Source: Lama glama (Eukaryota). Taken from it: 64,000 nt of DNA. Location of the stretch: positions 37,326,001 through 37,390,000 of the forward strand of contig CM052817.1 in the NCBI GenBank assembly GCA_028534125.1. The letters run 5' to 3'. The notes beneath the pieces are model-generated. The model ran no database searches, was not told the origin of the DNA, and saw only the letters and a program-made list of their open reading frames with translations. The position numbers and the translations under genes are program-made. This document shows positions 13,262 to 22,905 of this stretch, in pieces (within the stretch, counting starts at the first letter, position 1; every line of letters starts with the position of its first letter).

Positions 13262-14310
13262 AAAATTCTTAACATTCTAAATCCAGTATACAATTTAACA
13301 TGCCCGCCTCAGCTTATTCCATTTCCCCCTTTCAGTAAAATGCCTATTTCTTAAGTCCTGCACTTAAGCACATCCACTCCAGCCCAGGGTCCACAATCGG
13401 GAACACTCACACAGAGATGCCACAGTTTACCTCTCATTTTCATATGTTAACTTCAGGCAGAAAAGAGGGCTAGAAATGAAGCGCAGCCTTCCACGTGGGC
13501 AGGTCTGCCTCTGCTGTGGTAACTCTACAGCTGGAAGGCATCCATGTGAGACGGCGGAGTCCTGGCTATACCCTCAGAGGGGTCATTCCAAGCTGCCTTA
13601 CATCTTCCAGGTGACACAAAACTAAAACCAAATGCCCAGAGACAAATCCAGTGCAGATTTTGTGCTCTAGCCTCTACGTAGTCAGAATACTGCCCTTCGG
13701 ATAAGTTTTTCTAAGATTAAGTTTTAACGGTGAGAATGACTTCTCCCAGAAAGGAATACCATTTTTTAGGAGAACCAAGTGAAATACACAAACCAACCAC
13801 TTCTTATGAAGTGAGAGGACAGAAAGTAGCAAGGAACCCACACAACATGGCTTAAGAACGAAGGAGCGCCGGACAGACAAGATGACTTTCCCGTTCGGGG
13901 TCATTTTCTAAAATACTGTTTGATGGAAGCATGGAGTAGGGGGAGCAATGAAACAAACCACAAAACCCTCACACTCAGAAAGCCAGGAAAGGAAACCTCC
14001 TCTGACTTGCCCTAGGACAAATTAAGCAAATAAAGGAAAACCACTTAGCTACCCCAACCCTCCTTCTCAGAGCTCAACCAACAGCCAACTTCCCCTTCTG
14101 CCCTGGCGTTCTCTGTCCTCCCGCCCCAGTGCCACAAACAGCCATGACATCGCTAATGTGCTGCTTCATATACATATACTCTGTGGCTAATTCCCTGCTT
14201 TTTCTGTCTCCCACCTCTACGTTTTCCTCTGATTCCCTAGAATATTAAAATTTGAGATTTTAAAAATCCAATCTACGTATTTTATAAACCATTACAAAAC
14301 AGCCATTTTA

Positions 14311-14420
14311 GTGAACAGGAATGTGTCTATGTGTATGACTGAAACATTATGCTATACTCCAGAAAGTGACACAAAATTGTAAACTGACTGTACTTCAATT
14401 AAAAAACAAACCAAAAAAAC
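14311..14420 (+). mobile_element. Very short LINE-1 3' UTR end
   Basis: Similar to the 3' ends of the L1s at ~4890-4970 and ~10980-11070 (tgtatgactg...tgtaaactgactgtacttcaatt plus A tail). Confidence 0.8.
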
Positions 14421-16784
14421 ATTTTATTGGGTCTCTGAACAGAAAATTAATAGTAAGCCTGTGAAATATGAGTTCTCACTAAAAAGAACTAGACCAAATC
14501 TAAAATCCAGCCAGCGCCAATATCCGTGCTTCCCAGATTCACTACCTCTTCATTACAAGTTCTTAGCTGAGAGCCCTCCATCTGCCTGACCCCCGGGGTT
14601 TCATCCTCCCAAGGGCTTCAAGGCAGTTGGCACCTCAGCTGCCACTGGCCTGGGAACCCTGATCAGAGGCCAGAGGGAGCCATTGTGTTAAAATGAATGC
14701 TGACTGCAAGCACAGGCTGAAGACGAAAAGTTCGCATCTACTCAGTTGTTGATAGCAGATCAAGAAAAGCCAAGAAAACTCCATTCTCTCATCACCAAAC
14801 TTACTGAGGATTTTGTTTGTTTCAAATGTCCACTGATATGCAAGGGCCATCTCATATAGTCCTGTGTTTGAAAAATATATTAAATCTAAGGAGCTTTAAA
14901 ATGTCGGAGAAGTCTCAACTCATCTTTTTTCCATCAAGAAAACAAAAGTTTAACTGGGATCCTCTTGCCTAAAAGGTCTACTGGTAAACCTATTGGTGGA
15001 ATTTACATGGGTCCACTGTGTTAAGGCTGACATTTGGAACTTCCTCTCTGCACCTAATAGCAGACAGCTAACTGTTTCATGACCTCCACACTAGACTGTC
15101 ATCTCCCTGGGGCAGGGGCGAGGGCTTTTTGGCACCTCATCCTGTATTTATGCATATGGTTGGACATTTGGTAGACAATGCAAATATTTGCTAATTTGTC
15201 TCTAAATTATTTTAAAGCAAATTTGAGTTGCTTAGTTTTCTTTTTAAAGAAAGAATGTTAAAATGTCCCCTTAACCTTTTTTTTTTAAACTAGGAAAGCA
15301 GAACAGACCTTAGTTGATAAATCAAGCAAAGAAAATTCCACTAAGTTCTTTACCGTCTGAATCACAGGGTAGGCTAACTAACTATAGGTGGAGGGAGGAC
15401 CTCACTTTATTCTTCTCCATCTTCATTCTGTTCCCTATCCCTACTGCCTATCACAGCACAAAATGTTCAATAAACGGCTCACCGCAGTGAATCTGCATAA
15501 CTTACGGGGTTAAAGAGTTCTGGCGTCTTGGTCATTTCTACCATCCGCTTTACTCCCCCCAACTAATTTTTCCTCAGCCTCCAAACCTTTTCTTTTCCAA
15601 ACCTCCAAACATTCTGAGGACATCTGGAGATACTCCAGCTCAGGAGCTGACTGCGGACAGAACGTTAACCTCTTCTAAACCAAAAGCTGACACCACAAAG
15701 GAATAGATTTTCCTCCTTCAAGGTAAGGGTTCTTTCTGGCTAAAAGATCCTGGAGACTTCTTTTTTTCCATTCTTACAGAATTTTACTTCTAGCACTATG
15801 TAAAACTGGTATCTGGGCACAGCATTTGAGCAATGGATATGCAAATTAGAATGTTTATCCAAAAGATGTAACTAAACCATAGACTTTACCTCAACAGATT
15901 AGGGCTAAAATAAATTCACTTCAAACATTTTACTTCGCACTATTAATCTGAATTTGAATAACTTGTGCTAAGTTAAAATTTCAGTGATAGGATGTGTGCC
16001 CTGGTTCACTTCACTCAAACACCGTTTGTCAAAAGGAGCAGAAAAAGGAGTTTTCCCTTTGTTTAAAAAGACAAAGTACTTTGGTTATTCGAAAAAGCCA
16101 TAGCTGAGGAACATTCTGTATAATTTGTGACTCACTCTCAAATGAGAAGTCACCACACCCCTAACTCTTCTTTGGTAGGTGGTAAATAAAATGTATTAGA
16201 ACAGAAATTTAGTTTCAAAGTTTCTTACAATTTATAGGGAACAAATCTTTAAAAATTAATACTTGGTCTTCGACATTCTGAGCTCGTCTTCACTTTTTTA
16301 TGGTTTGGATCTGAGGAAAAACCAACTGGGGCTGAGGAAGCATTAACCACCCCCCTCCAGACCTGTCTTCTTTACAGTCTTTAAAGCCAGTGTTCCCCAA
16401 AACCAAAAAAAGTCAGACAGTTCCAAGCCTTCCAGAAACTGTCTCATGACAGAAATGTCTTCTGTGCTGATTGGGTTGTGGGTCGTACAGGTGTGTACAT
16501 TTTTCAAAACACAGCAAACTGTTCCCATCCCACTATTTCACTGTATGTCAATCATGGCTCAATAAAAAAGATTTTTTAAAACTTTCTACATGTCACATTT
16601 CAGGACCTGTCATCAGTAATCCACCTCAGACCTGAGTTTTTTGCGGGTCAACGAGATCCCAAAGCCAGAAAGGAATCTCCCTAAACAAAGGTCACTGACA
16701 CCCCTGCCCCCAGTTCTCTGGAAACTTCCACCTCAAATCTTTCCTCACCCTGGAATTGACCCCGACGTGAAAGATTCCACTCAC

Positions 16785-17708
16785 CTCGACGGACTGAGAA
16801 GGCATTTTCAGCTTAGTGAGCTTGGCTTTGGCAGGCACTTTTAAGTCTGTCTTTTCAAAGGTCTGCGGCCGGTAGTCCTCTGGCAGTGGTTTCAGTTCAG
16901 GAGACTCACTAGGAGCCTGATCTTGACCATCCATGGGCCGGACATAAGCCGTGGGCTTCTGCTGCATTGCAACGCTTTTTGAGGGGAGTGGGGGTGGGGG
17001 GAAGGTCTGAGAAGGCGGCTGGGGAGGGGCTACCCCAAGGCTGGCAACCGCCACTGAACTGTCTTGTGGGGTCTCTTTATCATGGCCCTTTCCCACCGGG
17101 TCCTTGGGAGATTTGGCCGGGCAGTAGCCTTTATTGTTACTGCTACTGCTGTGAACTTTGCTGCTTCCTTGCGTCCTGGGAAGAGTCTGCTGGTTGGAAT
17201 GTACAGGTGACAAGGGGGGCACTGGGGAAGGCAGAGAGGAGAACAAAGGAGAAAGCGCCCTCTCTGGAGCGGAGTCTGTCATGGAAGCACAGTGGTCTCC
17301 GTCAGCCCTGCGGTCACCTTTTTTGGGATGACCAGAGCCGTACCCCTCCTGACCAAGGCGCTCCTGAGTCAGGTGCTGGCCATCCTGTGGGCCGTAGCTT
17401 TTGACATGGAGACTCGGCATTGGTTCCATTCTTGGCTGCGCCATCTTTGGGTTGTGGCTAATGTTACCAACAGGAAGTGGTCCGGAGGCAGGAGTGTTAA
17501 CAGGCTGGTGGTGGACACTAGAGTGGAAGGAGTGGGATGGAATGCTGCTCCCCTTCTCAGGAAATAAAGGATATCTCGGCTTTGCCAACCTATTTTCGGA
17601 AGCATCCAAGCGCTGAGGGTGGGACTTGGAACTAAGGAACTCCTTCACTTCTTCGTAGTTTCCCAACATGTTCTGTAATCGACTGGATAGCTCATCACCT
17701 TTATCTGT
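16785..17708 (-). CDS. AFF1: AFF1 (AF4/FMR2 family member 1) large internal coding exon, 924 nt / 308 codons, phase 0-0 (TDKGDELSSRLQNMLGNYEEVKEF...KMPSQSVE)
   Basis: The translation closely matches the human AFF1 N-terminal region as I recall it (KGDELSSRIQNMLGNYEEVKEFL; SKSVAMQQKPTAYVRPMDGQDQAPSESPELKP). Minus-strand acceptor ctgtctttttgcag|ACA at 17709/17708; donor GAG|gtgagt at 16785/16784. Confidence 0.97.
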
Positions 17709-18095
17709 CTGCAAAAAGACAGCAGAGTTAGATACTAAGGGTGGAAAGGGGGAGGAAAACCACCGTTTAATAAGCCATGTTAAGTGATGTCATTAAAAAA
17801 GAAACACCTTGATTTAATGTGAAACACAGAATTTAACGTGCAGTTTTAACTCAATTCCCCTGTTCAAAAGCCTGTCATGGACAAATACTACCAAACACAG
17901 GAGACTAACATTACAAAAGAAAACCACAAACTTTGGTAATTTTGACTAGCAAGGTTCAGAGAATTTTCATATTGTTTTCAACAATTTCTAGGATAAATTA
18001 TTCTATTTTCACAGTTGTGACCCTTGTTCAAATTCATTTTCATCCCAAAGTCAAATATGGTGATAAAATCAGACTCTCGCGCATACAAGAAATAC

Positions 18096-18216
18096 CTTGT
18101 AGGGCTCTCCAAAGAGCGGGACCTTTTCAGAAAATGTCTCTTTCTCTTGATGAGCTTCCTGGTTGCGTCTTTCCTTCTCTTTAATTCGAAGCAGGTTTCT
18201 GTCTTCATTGTACAAG
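18096..18216 (-). CDS. AFF1: AFF1 coding exon, 121 nt, phase 2-0 ((S)[40 protein letters not shown])
   Basis: Hand translation of the minus strand gives the AFF1 N-terminal motifs ([15 protein letters not shown]). Acceptor gaagcag|C at 18217/18216; donor AAG|gtattt at 18096/18095. It joins in frame to the 924-nt exon. The ORF track does not show this frame. Confidence 0.95.
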
Positions 18217-19169
18217 CTGCTTCAGATGCCACAAAAGAACAAAAACAAAGTTTATCAGTATCCGGGCTTTGCTGTGCATATGCGCATGTGTGAGGGAGGC
18301 AAGGACAGCTCAAGCAGCAACAAGGAAGCTGACTTAAAGAAAGCGTAAATCCCTCAACCCATTCCCAGATTAAATTAAGGCCTCAGTCAACCGGCCATGA
18401 CCCTCCAGCCTTGGGTCTTGGCTCTAGAAACCAAAATTTTCACTCTGGGCTACTGTCTTCATGACTCAGGACTGACTCCAAACGGGACAGTCTTTTATAG
18501 GTAGTGGTGGAACCAAGACAAGATTTATAATATTTTTACTTCCAGCTTGCAAAACACAGGGTAGAGGTAGAAGCTTTTCATCTGAAGGAGTCAGCAGGAT
18601 GTGAACTGTGAAAAAGCTGTTTTCCTGGATCAGTACTGTACATTTTAGAAGATTAAAATCAAAAGGCTTATTTCATAATTAAAAGATTACCAGGCACCCA
18701 AAACAGCATTTACTTTATTTTCTGCCCACTCCACTGGGAGTGTCTTGGCATGTAAACCTGAAAAGATAATTTGTATTTCTCATTTCAGGTGTCAAGGATG
18801 GGAAAATCCAATTTTAGATACCAGCTTTATCTACTGAGAAACCTATAATCTACTCAAACAATATAAAAATGTATCCTAAATCATCAGCCCTGGCACCAAA
18901 GGAGTTAAAAATGCATCTACTGTCAAACAAATCACAAAGATGGAAACCCAAGAGCCCAGTTTTAGATATAAACTAAAAGTGGGCCTGCCTGAGGTCAGCA
19001 ACTTGGGCCACGGCCTCCCAACCCCAACATGTGACATGCAAGAATAAGGAAAATAAGAAACATAAGTCAACTTTTGTCCTCATAGACTTGCTTTAGGGTA
19101 TCTACTGAATCCCTCCCCCCAACGTCACCACAACGTTATTTGAATAAATAAGAAAACATTCAACTGCCT

Positions 19170-19490
19170 TTCCAAGACTGTGTACCTTCAGAGAGTCCAG
19201 CCTTGATGTCGGACACCCTCCTTCACTCCTTTCCTGGCCTCTCTCCTCTTTCAGGACTTCTCTGATTTCCTCTGACAAAAGCCTGCCTGCTGGTCTCCTG
19301 CCCCTCACCCCCAAGTCTTGTCCCTATAATTTAGCATTCTTATGGAAGGAAATCTGATCTAGGGCTCTGGTTTTCAGGTTACTATATCCATACTCTAAAA
19401 TAACAAGCGTTCGATGGCTCTTTATTGCTGCAGAATAAACTCTAAATCCGTGCTTTGGCATTAAAATTCCCCCATAATCTAGTGCAGATC
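19170..19490 (+). mobile_element. LINE-2 relic (approximate bounds)
   Basis: cctgctggtctcctgcc...aaatctgatc...gatggctc..attgc..cagaataaactctaaatcc pattern. Confidence 0.6.
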
Positions 19491-21707
19491 TACCCTAGAA
19501 ATTACCTGTCTCCCCAATGACCTACTACATGCCTTCTAACAGTCATGTCCATGCCCCGAACATCTGTGAAGGGCAGCCTCTTGCTCCAATCCCCCAACCG
19601 TAGAACCCTTTTACTGAAAGATAACCAATTCTTCCAGGACCAGTTGACCTACAAAGTTCAATGCTTCTGCAAACCACCTCTATATTCCAGGCACACCAGG
19701 TGACTCCCTGCTCCCTAGTGATATCCTGGACTTGGATACTTTCATTCTAGTCCCACAAATTTCCTCTGCCTCTCTCAACCACATACCTCTATCCCCACTT
19801 TTCAACTACCAGCACATCTCGGGTGATTCCAACTGCACCCACTTCCTCAAAGCTACCAAGTATGTGCTGATTTAACATACTGATTGGTTCTCTCGCCTTC
19901 TCCCCTTTCCTCTTGAATGTGAACCCCATCATAATAGAACCTCTCATATTTTTATCCTGGTGCTAATGCATGGTATTTTGAATAGACTCTAAACATTTAA
20001 GTTTTTTAATTAAAAAAACAGCCACTATCTTACAGTCTATCTTTATGAATTTACATGTAACTTTTTTAAAAACTTAACTCCAGAATGCACATGCAAAAAC
20101 AGTTTTTAAACTGTTAAAATCTGTAATCATCTAAAAAATGATCGTCTGCTATTTCCATAACCTTTCAATCTACAGGTTGAGGGCGGGGGTAGTTAACCCA
20201 CTTGGCTGAATTCACTGGGAAGTAGTAAAGAATAATCTGCTTAGACTGTTGTATCAAAAACTTTCCCTAGACGATGGATGTCTTGGTATCAGATTTCAAG
20301 AGAACTACAAAGTGAACACTTAAATTAGTCGACATACTGGCTCTTCTATGGAGTCTTCTTTAATAACAGAGTCTGAATTGCACACGTCTCGGACATTAGA
20401 CTTACTTCTGGTTGACAGCAGCACAGTGGTGACCACTCAAGAATTCCTTTCTATTGTTTTATGATTTTGGTAGTTCTTGTTGGCTCAAAAAAAAAAAAAA
20501 AGCCACGTAGCATTAACATCCAACCATGAGAGCCAAGTAAGAGGGTTGAGCAAGAAGTAACTTTTTTCCTTCAACCGCCACTTTGCTTGCAGGAGGGGTA
20601 GGTCATACAACTGTCTTCTAAGCAACTTGAACTCTCAAGCTTCTCTTCCCCAGAGCTACCTGGTACAGGCAACCCGCGCAGAAGGGGAAGCAGCTTTGCA
20701 AGGGCATCTGCCTTGCTAGTCTCACCACAGGGGGGCTGTCCCTTGTCGATTCTGCTGGTTACAACAGTGGGGCCTCTGCAGCTTGACTGGCTTATGAGCA
20801 CTCATGGCCTGTGGCTCTGCTTTAAGAGGCAGAGCTCTGCCCGCTTCTGAGAAATTGCTACCTCTGTCTCAGAAAACGGAACCCAAATGGCAAAATCCTC
20901 AGTCACGTGAAAAGTGAGCATGTGTAACCGTAGCACCTCAACTGTCAGACTGCTCGAGGTCCTCGCTTAATTTTCCTGTCAACAATACACGTATCTTTAA
21001 GAAAAGCTACATTGGTTTAAAATTACTAAAGTATTTCTAAAGCAATCAGCTCAGCTTCAGCTCAGCATCAATTAGGTTTCATCACACTTCTAGATTTTCA
21101 TTCCAAAATAATAAAAGCTGCTACAGAAATAACTCAATTTTACAAAATTCCAAACACTGGCTTATGGCTATGTGATTCAAAAACTGAAGGGCGGGCCTCC
21201 CACCAGGAGGAAATTCTACTAAATTAAGGATTCTGCTTAATTAAATGTTTTACCACATTAGTTTTTTTTAAAAAAAGTTAAGTAGCCACACCCAGATGTT
21301 ATTGGCAGGCACGTGTAATACCATTCCAACTCTGACATGAGCTTTGAATCTATTTTTTTTTTTCTTATCCACCATCACCCTTCAACTGAAAAACCCACAA
21401 GTAGTGAGGACAGGAAAAAAATCACAAGTGTCACTGGTAGGATGTTTTATGAGGTCTAGACTTAGTACTAGAGAGAAACTCACTCTCACCCACACTGTCT
21501 GCTGGGCAACTCCCTCCTGGGCCTTGCTCACCAAGGCTCCTGGGCAGGGCAGAGGAAGGCAGGAGAGACAGGAAGTGACCAGTCCAAGTCCCAGGACAGC
21601 ACAGGGTAAGCCGGGAGCTCTCATTCTTCTGGGCTGTCTACCTTCTCCTTGCAACTAATTGGGTTTTGCCAGCCATATGGGGTAGCTTTCTGGTTTCTTA
21701 AGCTTTT

Positions 21708-21819
21708 TTTTTTTCAATTTTGGGGGGAAGTAATTAGGTTTATTTCTTTTTTAATCGAGGTACTGGGGATTGAACCCAGGACCTCATGCATGCTAAGCTA
21801 AGCTATACCCTCCCCCTCT
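21708..21819 (-). mobile_element. tRNA-derived SINE (Vic-1-like), internally deleted
   Basis: Reverse complement of the family: gaggtactggggattgaacccaggacctcatgcatgctaagc...agctataccctcccc; flanked by agctttt repeats. Confidence 0.9.
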
Positions 21820-22268
21820 AGCTTTTACTTATTAAGTTTGCAATGGCTTAAGGAATGGTTTGTTAAAGTGTCAGGTAAATCTTTTCATGAATATTTTCTT
21901 TTTCTTGGTTCCATTTTGAAATCAGGGGAAGTTTACATTTAAAAAACATTAACACAATTAGTAACAGGAGTAAGCCATTGTTCAGACTCTTACATACACA
22001 TCATTGTTTTTAAACTAAGGTGCGAGGAAGGAGAGGGTGGGTGGAAGAATTTTAAATGAGGGGATTTTAGGAAGCAATAAATGTCCTCCGCGACTCATAA
22101 ACTCTGTAATTACTTTTGAATAATTACAAGCTGACTACCACTTCATTTAATTAAAGGTAGCAGTTCTTCCTCTGGTATGAAGGGAAAACGCTTTCTCGCT
22201 CTCACAGGATAACCTCATCCCAACATCAGTTCCGTCACACTTTGTCACTGTTCACACAGAGTGGGTTA

Positions 22269-22394
22269 CAGCTGGCCCTCCGTATCCGGAGACAGGGAGC
22301 GCGCAGATGTGGGGGGCCCACTGCACCAGGCCATTTCCCATGAGGGACTTGAGCATCCTGGAACCCACCTACCATGGACACCAAGGGACGACTG
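22269..22394. mobile_element. TcMar-Tigger-family MITE (MER2-like), short derivative
   Basis: Imperfect TIRs cagctggccctccgtatcc / ggacaccaagggacgactg, flanked by TA on both sides. Confidence 0.75.
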
Positions 22395-22439
22395 TACAAG
22401 TCTTCCTTCACTGATCTCTCCACAGCTCTCTGCATTAGA

Positions 22440-22600
22440 AAAGAGGTTCTCAAGCTTCTGTGAGCATCAGAAGCACCTAGAGGACTTGCTCAAACACAGA
22501 TCGCAGAGACCTGCCCCCTCCCCCAAGAGTTTCTGATTCAATCATTCTGATGTGGCACCAGAGACATATGCACGTTGAGCAAGTTTCTAGGTGGTTCTGA
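22440..22600. mobile_element. hAT-Charlie MER5A-like relic
   Basis: ggttctcaagctt...gcatcagaagcaccta gagg acttg...aaacacagat...agagtttctgattca...aagtttctaggtg. Confidence 0.75.
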
Positions 22601-22699
22601 AGAGCACAAGGGAGCACAGTCTTTGGGGGCTGCATGGATTGCTTTAGGCTGTACCAGTAATGACAGCAAGGGTGAGAGGAGTGGAGTCAAGGATGGCTC

Positions 22700-22905
22700 C
22701 CACTTAGCACCTGCTCCCCGGGGGGCACCGCTTTAGACGCAGCACATTGGTCTCCTATTTAATGCTCACAACGACTCTGAGAGAGGAAGAATACGAACTC
22801 CATTTCCCAGGTGAGAAAATAAGGCTCAGAGATTAATTTACCAGGAAATGGTAGGCCTGCAAATTCAAACACAGGTCTGCCTGGCACCAAAACTGGTGTT
22901 CTGAA
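22700..22905 (-). mobile_element. MIR relic
   Basis: tttaatgctcacaacgactctgaga...ccatttcccaggtgagaaaataaggctcagaga...attcaaacacaggtctg. Confidence 0.7.

Larger units (their letters stand above)
1..16784 (-). other. AFF1: AFF1 intron downstream of the 924-nt exon (next exon not seen in the window)
   Basis: Starts at the GTGAGT donor. I did not find the next expected exon (QTYSNEVHCVEEILKE) by eye. In human, the equivalent large intron is part of the KMT2A-AFF1 breakpoint region. Confidence 0.8.

Noticed and set aside
16641..17616. Plus-strand ORFs (67-145 aa) overlapping the AFF1 exon
   Set aside because: Antisense shadows of a GC-rich coding exon, with no recognisable homology or splice support.
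16692..17714. The 340-aa ORF as a complete single-exon gene
   Set aside because: Its start is an intronic TTG within the acceptor and its last 30 codons lie past a GTGAGT donor. The real unit is the spliced exon 16785-17708.
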